Shown in pieces: positions 52,241 to 64,000 of a DNA stretch of 64,000 nucleotides (positions are counted from its first letter, which is position 1; each line of letters starts with the position of its first letter). The notes beneath the pieces are model-generated. The model did not search any database, was not told the DNA's origin, and was given only the letters and a program-made list of their open reading frames with translations. The position numbers and the translations under genes are program-made. The DNA is from Callorhinchus milii (taxonomy: Eukaryota), in NCBI RefSeq assembly GCF_018977255.1, contig NW_024704743.1, forward strand, positions 62,684,001 to 62,748,000, written 5' to 3'.

Positions 52241-53319
52241 CAGGTCCTGCATTATGGCTCAGTAATAAATGGATTGATGATTTATAAATACCAAAATTAT
52301 AGTGAATATAAAGTGTTATGTAGGCAAAACACGGAGCCAATCTGCATCATTAATATCCCACAAACAACAATGAGATGAGAAATCAAAGTAATTGAAACAC
52401 AACTAATATAAAAAAAAGAACCACTATCTTCCCCAATGTATTGTAGACCTGATAAGCCTTTATCACTATTAACTTTGAAGTTTGGAATCTGCAGCACTGT
52501 TACAGTGCAGAAAATGTATAGGACTGTGCAAATGTTAAGATGCTTCCCAAGCCGGGTCTCCTTGGAACTGAACTGGCTCTGAGCTGACATGCCTGGCAAT
52601 GGAATGTTGGAATGTCGCTCGCCCTCTCTGGCGGCCTCGGTAGCCCGGATCCTGAGCCAGGCAGGTCTGCAGTATTCCAGGGCATCGCTGATGACAGCTC
52701 AGCCCAGCCTGGCTCATTGGCAGGACCTGGAAAGGCAGACCAGTCACTGGGGGTAGAGAGTCATCCCATTCAACTCCTGTTAACCCTGCAAGCCAAAGCC
52801 CTATTGGGTAGGGTGATGTTAGCTGGACAAGTAGCCGGAAAGCTTGCCGGACAGCAATATTAATGGAAAACTATGCGGTTTGAGCTGGTTAACTACAGCG
52901 GTTGTGTCAAAGTACACTCTGGGGTCCACAAGCCTTCACCTTCCCTTTTTTTGCCCATGCTTTCTGCTATCTGTCCGCTCCCACAGCCCCTTAGCCCCCA
53001 ACCACTCTTGGGTGCTCAGCCAGCAATGTCAAGAACTTTGATACATCTTCCAGATATGAGATGCACTATATAAATGTAAATTTATAGTGTACTACATTGT
53101 AAAGCTAGGAGCAATGCACCTGATGACAAAGGATTATCTGTCAACTGAGTTGCCATTTGCTTGGACTTTTATACAGTAGTTATATGAGGGTTAAGCATTG
53201 ATGGTGTACTGGCACGAGTAGCCATTGAGTATCTGAGAAACTTTATTCTTGGACACAAAACTTGGTAGAGCTCTTCTTTTAGAAATCTCTGCGTAAGGTG
53301 GTTTTAAGTGCAGCCTGGC

Positions 53320-53545
53320 TGTCCCACAAACAGTCATGGAGTGAATGATCAATTTTATTTGGGGGATTCTTGGCCAGGACACCACACCCTTCTCTTTTTG
53401 AATAATGCCATGGAATCTGTAGCATCCATCGGAACAGGCAGTTGAGGCCTCAGTTTAATGTCTCATGCGAAGGATAGCACTTCCAACAACGCAGGACACC
53501 CCCAGCACTGCTTTGGAGTGCTATCCAAGACTGAGTTCCAAGTCC
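53320..53545 (-). mobile_element. Old SINE with a full Deu domain
   Basis: Minus strand cactccaaagcagtgctggggg..gagacattaaactgaggcc..ccatggcattattcaaaaagagaagg..gtcctggccaa matches the DeuSINE central domain as recalled. Confidence 0.75.
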
Positions 53546-53565
53546 CTCAGCAAAGAGTAGAAGTC

Positions 53566-53882
53566 GTGGAGTCCTGTAGCTCAGTGGTTAGAGCACTCGC
53601 TTTGCAAGTGAGAGACCTGAGTTCAATTCCAGGCAGAGGGCGAAACCTTGGGCAAGTTTCCTTACTCCACACACCTAATAATAATCCCTTCAAAAAAAAA
53701 AAAAACAATAATTAATTGGTCATTTTCAATCTACGACTGTTTGTGGGACATTGCTGTGCGCAATTGGCTGCCGCGTTCGCCCACAAATATACAGTCAATT
53801 CACTTTACAGTATGTTCTGTGAAGCGCTTTGGGACGTCCTCCCGACGTGAAAAGCGCTATATCAAATGCAAGGATTATTATT
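53566..53882 (+). mobile_element. Young tRNA-Ala-derived composite SINE (short subfamily)
   Basis: gtggagtcctgtagctcagtggttagagcactcgctttgcaagtgagagacctgagttcaattcc...caaggattattatt. Confidence 0.95.
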
Positions 53883-55459
53883 CAAGGATTATTAGTACCA
53901 AATGAGCCACTCTCAAACAATGGATGTTAGTGAAGTAGGGCAAATTCAGTACAAATCTCGCTCTCCAATTCACATCACTAAAGTCCTAGAACCAAAGCGG
54001 CAATATAAACTCAATATTTGATCTTGTACCCTTGGATTTGCATATTTTTAATTTTCTTCCATTCATTTTTTTGCAAATGAATCATCCTCTTGAGCTAATC
54101 CTCAGTCACTCTGTTTTCACCCTTCTGTTCAGATCATTCAGTTCTTTTTGAAGGGTTTTACTAGTTTGAGTGAATAATACTTGTGGTCATAATTCTATAG
54201 CAAGAATGGGATTTTCTTCAGTGTTTAATCGTATTACCTATGTATCCAATTGCTAGTTGAAAGGAAGAGGAAAGCTGAGTGTTATTACAAGTTTCAAGTT
54301 CAGGGTTTCCTGAATCCAATGTCTCCTTCCTGGAATCTGGGGCTACATTTCCCTCACTTAGTACAGTGTTTCGGCTTGGGTGCCATTCAGCCATTCTCAA
54401 TATAATTAGCCAAAGGCAGTTTATGTTTCGTCAATCTCACCTGAAATCTAACACAATATGCACGGTGCAAAAAAAATTACGATCCAAAAAGACACTAAGT
54501 ACATTGGTGATGGTAAATTATAGAAAAAACCTTCTAGTAGTAAGATGCAAATGTGAATCCAAAATTTGACTATATTTTAACAAGAGTTGTGTTAAAGTCA
54601 ACAGTCAAAAATCATTCAAGTAATTGAGAGAGGAGCGATTTTCTCACTTGTGGGCATTTAAACACTTGACTGTTCGAAAGCAGGAAGTAGATTCACTTAC
54701 TACCCAGGCAAAAACAATTGCAGATTTCAATATGCAGTTTACTGCTGGCGGCAAGTTAAGACACTAATCAGATGTTGGGCTGACTTGTTCAAATGTTCTG
54801 CCTCAACCAGCAAGAATGAAGCACTTTAAGTATGGTAATATATTCTGAAGAATGTGACAGACCTATGCTGGTGGCGGCAGAGATAACAAAATGGAGGCCA
54901 AGGCTTAATGAAAAGGCAATCATATTTTACAGAAGTAGAACGGTTTATTTTAGTTGAACAATTCCTGAAATTCAAAGATACATCCTTTGGCATGAAAACA
55001 CAACCAACCACACTAGGATAAACATGTGTTTGGGCTAACAAAATCCACAAATACCACTGATTTGTAGGAATAACGTCACATAAATGGTAATTAAAAATAA
55101 ATTTAATACAATAAAGTCCAACGTATTACACAGGAGCTTATAATTCTTCAAAATATTTCTGCCAGGCTTCCACCACCATCTCTGGTGCCCAACCAGCATT
55201 GTTAAAGTCTTTGAGATTTCTTCCACACGAGAAAGGCGCTATATAAATGTAAATTGTTAAATCATACTGTATCTGGTTGTCATCACAGCTCACCATGAAA
55301 TATGTGACAGATAACATTGCCCCCAACATCATACGACAACTCGGCCACAAATCCCTACCTCATGAGCGATGGTTCTACCAGTTGGAAATGCAGAACTTGA
55401 GCAACAGCTGGTTTCCTCTCTGCATACAAATTAAAATGCAACTGAGATCTTACACCCAA

Positions 55460-56102
55460 TGCACCCGAGACACTCATCCACGCGTTCGTCATCTCCCTCC
55501 TCGTTTATTTCAATGCCTCTTTGCTGGACTCCCCAGTTCCACTATCCACAAAATCCAACCATTCCAGACCTCCGCTGCCTGAATGCTCACCCGCTCTAAA
55601 CTCTGTAACTCCATTACATCAGTCCTTGTTTGGCTCCACTGGCTCCCTACCACAGAACAGATCAACTCCAAGATCCTGACACTCATTTACAAATCCCTTC
55701 ATGCTCTGGCACCTCCCTAGCTCTCTGACCTGTTTTACTTCCCACTCCCCTACCAGAGCCAGTTTTCGCTCGCCTGGCTCTGACCTCCTGCTTGTCCCTC
55801 CTTTCTACCCTCGGCGGCTGTGCTTTCAGCCACCTTCCCCTAAAACTTTCAAACTCTCTCCCTCACTCTCAAATCATTTATCTCGCCCACAAATATACAG
55901 TTAATTCACTTTACAGTATATTCTGTGAAGCACTTTGAGACATCTAGGAGACGTGAAAAGCACTATATCAAATGCAAGGATTCTTATTATCATACCTGAA
56001 AACCTCCTTCTTTGACAGTGCTTACAGTCATCACTTCCCTCCTGCACAGCATCAGGCTATCCAGCATGAAGGGCATTATATAAATGCAATTTGCTGTTGT
56101 TG
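55460..56102 (+). mobile_element. Old L2 3' fragment with a SINE 3' end inserted (about 55880-55990)
   Basis: ggctccactggctccc..caagatcctgacactc; the L2 resumes after the SINE tail. Confidence 0.75.
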
Positions 56103-59019
56103 TAAAATGGATACCAAGCCCTGGATAACTGAGCATGAGTTCACAATCCCAATTTCCAGCTAACGCCTTCCAGCAGCTGTCAGCCCAAATTTCAGAGTTT
56201 GCTCCCCAGCTATTCAACAGACATTTGCCTTCAGTGTTGTGGAAGGAATTACAGGGGCAGCTTGTGGCATGCCAACCACCTTGATGAAGGTTGAAATCCA
56301 TTGCTGCGTACCATTCTTATTCATTAACTGCTTAATTTAGTGAGGGGCTTTGGCAAAGAGACATACCCATCTCTGGGTTGCTCAGAAACAGATCATTGTA
56401 AGCCTGTTATCTCAGATAGGGTGAGATAGTTTCACCAATTTTCACCTGTATGGGAGTATTTTAACCACGGTGATTGCTCCATGTTGGAGAGAAATAGTGA
56501 AGAGAAATAGACATTGTGTGACTAGTCACACATCCTGCCAGCCAATAACAACATAATCAATTTGCCAAATACATCAAAGTCCTGTGCTCTGAGATAGAAT
56601 ATAAAGAATTCTTCACCAGCTACTGTTTTGAAAAAAAACAGTATGTCAGTGTTGTATATACAATATTGGGATATTTTAAAACATAGTACAGATCACAATG
56701 TCAAAATATTTGTTCGTCCTTTTAGTTGTATTTGTTTTTACTCTGAAAGCAGAAACAGCACATGGCTGGTCACTCACATACGTAGTTGAGATCAGAACAT
56801 CCTTTAACCTGTATAAAAGCAGGGAATCAATAAGCATTGATTGGATCCTGCTTGGGGAGACAGGTGAAATGATGCATTTGCTGTGCTGAACCATTGTCCT
56901 TTGCACGAAATCAAACAAAGGATATCAAAAAAATATTCTATCTTGGTTATAGATATGTATGGGAGTATTTGTGAAGTTGCAATTAATATTCAGTTTCCAG
57001 CTCATCTTTTCTGCTCCTATTGACTCATATTCCTACACTGCTTTTCAAAAATGCTCATGCACAAGTCCCTAAGCGCTTTCCACCTAGAACTGCAGCAGAG
57101 CATCTTGCTCATAAATACAACCAAAATATCAGTGACAAAAAAAAGCTCAACCACCTAAAACAGCATTCTTTCAAGTCTAAATTCTTGTATTTCTCAATAA
57201 GATTCTTAACAAATCCAAGTTCCCAAAAAGGACTTCTCCGGTAACCAACCCATGAGATCTCAATGTTAACATAACATAACATGTAGGAGCAGGAGTAGGC
57301 CATTCGGCCCTTCGAGCCTGTCCCGCCATGTTATTATGTTACATATTTCTAGTTATCCAAGGGACCTTATTTGCTTATTAAAGTCATTATTAAGAAACAC
57401 CATTAAATATCACAATTTAAACATTTATGCAATAATCTACCACTGTGTTTAAATGGATTTATCAAATGCAAGGATTATTATTATTTTCAAAAATTATACT
57501 ACTTGCTGTATCTTAAAATCATAACATCATTAATTTCCCCTATAATTGCTGCTGCACTTCTCCTGCTGTGCAACTTTACTAGCATTTATGCAAAGCAAAT
57601 GTCATAAGTTACGTGAACTAAATGTGTGGATTTTTGGCAACATTCAGCCATTCTTTTGATATACTGTAATGAAGGTTGTTTTCTGACATGAATTTGAAAT
57701 CCATAGTGTCTAATTAACAGCTGCACAGAAATTAATAATAATCCTTCTATCTGATATTATAACAAGAATAATCCTTACATTTGACATAGCACCTTTCAGG
57801 TCGGGAGGACATCTCAAACCCTTTCACAGGATTTACTGTAAATGTAGTGACTGTGTACTCTGCAGGCAAACATGAAATGAACTTCTCTGAGTTGAATACT
57901 CTTAATCCACAATGATGCTTGAACTTTGTACTGTATTGGATTTTCCGTATCCACAAAACAGAGTATTCACAAATTTGGCTTAACGTAGGCAGCATATGGA
58001 ATATATATCACAATAAAATAGAGAAGATCACAACTAGCAAAAGGTTTCTTTGCATTGCTGGACCTTACAAATTCAGAAACAGATCTCCCCGTCCATGAAT
58101 AACATAGAACAGATGGACATGCAGATGTTTATGTTTAATATTCCCTAATCGATAATAGGGCAGTAATGGTTCAGGAAAGGCTGCCAGTCCTTTTGAAAAA
58201 TGTGGACATTTTTTGCCGCAAGGAATGCATTCATGCTTTCAATTGTATGATATCCTAAACAATTCAAATCCACAAAACTCCCTTGGGCCGGCTGTCTGAA
58301 ACCTACAATCCTGTAAAACATCTCCAAGTTGAAAAAAGTGGAATCTTACCCAATTCATTGTAATAATTATTGATAATCCCCAGCATTCAATGGTAGGATC
58401 CAAAGATGCAGATGACATTGCCATTTCATTGAAGTAATGGATGGGAATCTCTACATAGTGAAAGATTTCAAAACATACATAGCACTACTTTTCTGCAGCC
58501 TTTCCCATACTCCAAGGATGCAAATCACTTTATGTTTGGCCAGGAAGCAAACAGAGTTAGAGTTTAAAATGTGTCTTTTTAATTTTATTACACAGGGACA
58601 CTGAATAGGCAGATCTCGACATCAATCACCCAACAGTCCTCAAGGTTTTCTTCCAGCTCCTGCTTCCAGCCTTTTTTAACTGACTTTATGTTCTCGTGGA
58701 TCATTTCAATGAAGACACTAAATTCTGGTCGGAAGCTTGTACGTGTCCAGTGTTAAGCACAAAGTTCTCAGAAAGTGGAATGCAAAGTTTAGAGTAATTT
58801 AAAGACCAAAGCGTTTAGTATAAGAGGGCTATTTTCCCTTTATCAGTGGATTTATTGAGCCTAACCTTGTCCACGTGTTGGTAAATAATTTAGCACGCCA
58901 AGGTCAGTAAATGTACCATCAAGAAGTGAACAATATGACTCCAGTTTATGATTGTGACTGGCATTCAGACGGTTTCTCAGGCCAAATAAAGGTCAGAAAG
59001 CAAAATAGTTCAAAACCTA

Positions 59020-60530
59020 CAAACCCTGTCACTCCCTCCATTCAGCCAACGCTGTCCCGCTTCACATCCCCTGGACCACCATTCGTGGTTGGGCTTTCAG
59101 CATATCTGCCTCTACCCTGGAGCTCCATGCCAGAGTCCCTACCACTAACCCATTCCCTCACCTCCTTCAAGATCCGCCTCAAAATCTTCCTCCTTGACCA
59201 CGGCCATCTTTTGCTCCCCACACATTCCTTCGACCCCCCACCCACCCCCAGCTCAGATGCAAACCTTGTCAGCACTTGGATGTCCTCTCGACATGAAAGG
59301 TGCGATACAAATATAATTTTGTTGTGGTTGTTGTTGGGACATCCTCTTGACACAAACTGAAATTAAGTTATTATTAGTGCAATGGTTTTGTGTTTGTGAA
59401 TGCTGCATTTTCATCTCCAAAGTAAACTAAGTGTGCTCTTGTTATTGTTGGAATAGAGGTAACATGAAAGGGACAATGAATTGAAATAGGTAGCTTCCAT
59501 TGCTGGCTAGAAGTAAATTGGGGGTGTGCACTTTATTCCAAATAATCATTGACTAACTGAGCAGGACACTATTAATACTTTCAATTTGGGGCTCTTTTCC
59601 AATTTCCAGGAGAGTTGCAACTTACTAAGGCAAATAGATTCCAGTGTTAGGATCTTAATAGTGAAACAAATAGAGGAGTTTCAGTTGGTATTCATCTCGA
59701 GTGTATTGACCTTTACAAACAAACAATTAGAAGACAGAATAACATGACAGGTTTTCCTTAATGCTCTTCAATAACATTTTCTATGCCACTGTTACTCAGA
59801 TATAGGAATCTCTTGGCTACACAGCTAAAGAATCAAAAGTCCATTAGCGAGTGGCTGGTACACAATGCACTCCAATAAACTCAGATAAGAGGAAAGAGTG
59901 AGAAGCTCTCCAAAACATTTTCCTTCCCTAAAGTACGCATACATTCACGCACAAATGCCTATCACCAATCCATTTTTTCCACGAATACTAAATTATAAAG
60001 TCAGGAAATATAATGATCTGAGCTTTTTATTACCTCATTTGAAGCAAATTACTGCAGTTTCTTGCTTTTCTTATTCTGATGCAGACGAAAAATACATCAA
60101 CAACAACTTGCATTTACATAGCGCCCTTCATGCAGGCGGCCGTCTCAGACCACTTAACAGTGGCAGACCTTGACAATGAGCCAGGAAGAGAGGGGAAGAT
60201 GACCATAGGCATGTCCAAAATGAAAGTCCTTGAAAAATATATTTTTAAAAAATTTCAGTCATTGCATTTTAGTTCATTTAATTTACCTGTTATTACAGGT
60301 AAATTAAGTGAACTCCATCCCGCAGTCCCTCTGCCTTGCCCTCTTCCTTGCCACCTTCAAGACCCATCTCAAGATCCTCCTCTTCGACCGTGCTTTCAAT
60401 CTCCCTGCTTCCCCCCCTGCCCTCCATCCTCCCCGACCCCTGGTCCGTAACTCTGTGCCGTAACTCCAGTGCCTTGGGACGTCCTCCCAACATGAAAGGC
60501 GCTTTACAAATGTAATTTTGTTGTTGTTGT
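59020..60530. mobile_element. Three short L2 3' ends (about 59020-59335 plus, about 60098-60230 minus, about 60310-60530 plus)
   Basis: L2 tails with (TTG)n. Confidence 0.7.
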
Positions 60531-61919
60531 TTATTGCTGAATACCTTACCACAAAGATCCACACTTCAGAATTTTTTGGCAAACTGGGGATAGTATTAAT
60601 AATCAAGCTCCATTATAATAACAGTCCACCCATTCTGCAATGACAACTTTGGGACAGAAATCTTTTTGTAGATATCCAACCTCATGCATTATACTTTGCT
60701 TCCAAAACACTGAAAGTTCTGCCCGTCACTGCTCTCTCAGGTATGAATAAGGATGACAACTGACAGCTCCACAGCACTGACAGGGCTGAGCAACAGCCCA
60801 CCTTTGCTATTCTCAATCCAATTAGACCTCTAATCCTCCAGATGAAAGGCCCAAGTACACACGTTCCACATGACAAGGACAGGTATTGATTATTTGTCAC
60901 TACAGTTAACACTGCCCCTGTTGAGGCCACTCTGACAGAAGCAAACCTCTCAAATTAGACAGCACTTCAGAGGCCCAGAGGCCAAATGGCACAACAAGAG
61001 AAGGCTAATAAAAGGTATAAAAATGAACAAATCATAACATTATGACAGGTTGATTGTTCCCAGCAGCTCAGGCTGTATGCTCTGCCAGACTGGCAATAGG
61101 GCCTGCTCCTCCTCCTTTTCCTGTGCTGCTTTTCCAACTTTCACTGAATTAAAGGCCAGAACAATTAAGGCATCTGAGCCGCAAAGAGAAACTTGAATGG
61201 TAATTATCATCAAGGGACACAATATCAAAAATAGGCTGCATTTGTCAATAGGTGCCGACATGACAGGCGCATATCTCAACCATGATTCTCCACCATGTAG
61301 TTTTCTCAAGTCTTGTTTTCACCTTTTACTTAAAATCACACTTTGCTGTCTTAGGTTTTGAAACTGGTTAAGAACTCTCAAAATCCAAATCACGTTAACA
61401 GCTCTGCATGGAGCTTTTAAGTTTAAAGATGCTTTACTTCATGGCTGTTTGTGGGACACTGCTGTGCGCAATTGGCTGCTGCGTTTCGCCCACAAAATAT
61501 ACAGTCAATCCACTTTACAATATATTCTGTGAAGCACTTTGAGATGGCTCAATGACATCATAAGGCGCTATACCAAATGCAAGGAATATTAATATTATTA
61601 TTAATGAAAGAAAAGAGATACTGGGTTCTGATCACTGTCAAATGACAGAAACACAAAATACAGCAACAAAACTGTGTTAGGTACAAAATAGAGCAAGTCA
61701 CCATTTCTTACATTGCTGCCAGCAATTTCAATTCACTCTTCAACTAAATTATATTAAACTGGGAGTCTTGACAGGTCTATCTGCAATCATACCAAATCTT
61801 CCTAAAACAAGCATATAATTCTTATTTGAGTGAATGGCACAAAGTGACATTTCCCACAGCATGTTTTATAAATGGTTTCAATGTGAATACCAGAATGGAA
61901 TAGTTCCTTGTAGAAACAA

Positions 61920-62244
61920 ATAATAATAATAATATAATAATCCTTGCATTTGATATAGCGCTTTTCACGTCGGAAGGACGTCCCAAAGCGCTTCACAGAA
62001 CACACTGTAAAGTGAATTGACTTTAAATTTGTGGGCGAACGCGGCAGCCAATTGCGCACAGCAATGTCCCACAAACAGTCGTAGATTGAAAATGCCAATT
62101 TTATTACTGTTTTTGGTTTTGGAGGGATTATTATTAGGCGTGTGGAGTAAGGAAACTTGCCCAAGGTTTCGCCCTGCCTGGAATTGAACTCAGGTCTCTC
62201 ACTTGCAAAGCGAGTGCTCTAACCACTGAGCTACAGGACTCCAC
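61920..62244 (-). mobile_element. Young tRNA-Ala-derived composite SINE (short subfamily)
   Basis: Full length and near-identical to the 19243 and 23579 copies. Confidence 0.95.
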
Positions 62245-63659
62245 AATGTACACTTGCAGTATATGATTAAAATTCTAAAGACATACCATGCATCTCCTCT
62301 ATTGCACTGCAAACAAGTGAAAATCCACTGTGCCAAATGTACCATTGGGCAGCTGAAGATTTCATTGCACTGGTGATCAGTATTATAAAAATTTTAACTG
62401 GTGCATTTTTCCTGAAACAAATTAGAGACAAATGTTTAAAAATTATACCTAGTGGAATAATTGGGAATCTTACTAAAGATAATTTGAAAAAATCTTGAAG
62501 GATATACAGTATCTTTTAGCCACATCACAATTTCCTAAGATGATTTCCAAAATTCTGTAAACCTTCTAGATTTTGCTACTTCTTTTAAAAAAACAATTAC
62601 TTTATTTATAATGGTATTTGGTAAGAACTGCTCCTAGCAGACACAAATGTGTACAAAGACCTGGTCCTGAATGTTTATATGTACTGTATACACTTGGGGC
62701 GAGAATTCCCAATTTCTCCAAATGAATACCGACGATGTGTGAACAGAAGCATATAGTGGAATTCCCAACCTTAGAAGTGTGAAGAATTTCCTTGTGTTTG
62801 CTCTTTTCAGATGGTAAAAAAAAGAGTGACTGGAATTCAATCTGCTTTTCAATGAACAGCATGAATGCCCACACATCACTAAAACTACTGTTTTCTGCGA
62901 ACATACTGAATGTACTTGGTGCTTCTTGTAAAACAGTGAAACAACAACAACTTGGATTTATCTAGCGCCCTCCATGCGGGCGGCATCTCAGAGTGCTTAT
63001 ATAGGATGAAATATAGGATGAAACACTGACTGCAATTTACTTACAACAGTGCTAACATTTTTGTCGTAGCTTAAATCAACAGTCCTCTAAATCCAGTTTT
63101 TTACAGATATGAACATAGGAATGTACAGGCTGATAAAGACACTGATGTTCATCTGGCATGAAATGTATTCATAGATTATTCTCATCTCTCAGATCCCTTC
63201 CAGATACCCTGAGTCCAGTAAGCCATCAATTTACTGTATTTTCCAAATACCAAATTTCCAGAGGAAATCTAATTCTACATACAGTATTTAGCACTAGCTG
63301 TATACTGCAATAGAATATAACATGGATTTAACTCATTCAGAATTATTCTACTTAAATGCTTAAAGTAGGACACAAGAAACCAATTCTAGGTAGCTTCAAA
63401 CTGTATGCAACAGGAGTATAAAGGGAATGAAAAAGATGATCCAATCATCCAAATATAACCAAGGCAGAGACTTCAAACTGCAGTAGAACTGAGGATTTGA
63501 CTGAATATTTGGTTCCAGTCAGATTGACCATCAGCAAGTGCTGACATATGCTACATAATTCACAACATTGAATCAGCAACTTTGACCTGACTGAGTGAAG
63601 CCTATGTGCAGAAAAGCATCGCAATTTATACATAACCAATAATAAATCAATAACACAGT

Positions 63660-63851
63660 TAACACTGACACTCCAATGCAATACTGCGGGGTGTACTGCA
63701 TTTTTAGAAGTACTGTCCTTCAGATGAGATGTTAAATCATGGTCCCATCTGCATGTCATGGTGGATGTAAGAGATCCTATCCCAGTTTCTCTGGTGTTGT
63801 GGCCAACAATTCTCCAAATAAAACTGGTCACTCATTCCATGGCTGTTTATC
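63660..63851 (+). mobile_element. Old Deu-domain SINE, interrupted by a younger SINE
   Basis: ctgacactccaatgcaatactg..cagatgagatgttaaatc..ggtggatgtaagagatcc..gtggccaacaatt..ggctgttt. Confidence 0.75.
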
Positions 63852-64000
63852 ATGGAGACCTGTAGCTCAGTGGTGAGAGGAGTCACCTCGCAAGCGAGAG
63901 ATCTGGGTATGATTCCTGGCAGTGCAAAATGTTGGGCAAGTTTCCTTATTCCACACGCCTCTGTTTACCTAGCAGTAAGTAGGAACCCGGTTGTTAATCA
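63852..64000 (+). mobile_element. Composite SINE, long subfamily, 5' part (runs off the window)
   Basis: tRNA head tgtagctcagtggtgagag, then CORE-like ttgggcaagtttccttattccacacgcctctgtttacctagcagtaagtagg. Confidence 0.88.

Noticed and set aside
52660..52745. Second hammerhead (CTGATGA-CAG...CTG-GAAA with GGTCTGC/GCAGACC)
   Set aside because: No stem I can form and stem III is out of register next to the core; probably coincidental.
53566..53640. tRNA-Ala(TGC) gene (and the same head in other copies)
   Set aside because: There is no intact acceptor stem and it continues into a SINE body, so it is a SINE head.
58159..58300. GSNGSGK P-loop-like peptide on the plus strand
   Set aside because: It lacks the S/T after K, sits in a short frame and has no splice or domain context.
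1..64000. Recurring short ORFs such as MGKFPYST.., ..KRYIKCKDYY and MESCSSVVRALAL as a gene family, and the dispersed repeats as a CRISPR-like array
   Set aside because: They are translations of SINE and L2 copies scattered irregularly in both orientations, with no regular spacers.

Overview
Vertebrate genomic DNA with no prokaryotic-type features. The window covers the middle of the inversin gene (INVS/NPHP2) on the minus strand. Nine consecutive GT-AG coding exons (42452 down to 4475, 1508 nt, phases chain correctly) encode the ankyrin-repeat array, the RTALHWSCN D-box and the first IQ motif. By recalled similarity they correspond to human exons 4-12; the flanking exons lie outside the window. 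Four of these exons do not appear in the supplied ORF track. The introns are dense with L2 and CR1 LINE fragments, tRNA-derived Deu-domain SINEs and small DNA-transposon relics, a repeat mix that suggests a cartilaginous fish, possibly a chimaera (inference). The most notable non-genic observations are: (1) a 253-bp insertion with a 12-bp target-site duplication that is a 95-bp-arm palindrome carrying a hammerhead-ribozyme-like core on each strand (Penelope-like); (2) a composite tRNA-Ala + CORE-like + Deu + L2-tail SINE present as several subfamilies, with a covarying 3' stem-loop; (3) multi-level nested insertions; (4) near-identical inverted L2 copies bracketing one exon; (5) an unassigned GC-rich self-complementary segment; (6) a recursive-splice-like site and a MEIS-motif cluster. 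Family and orthologue comparisons come from recalled consensus sequences, not database searches. Repeat boundaries are approximate unless a TSD is cited.
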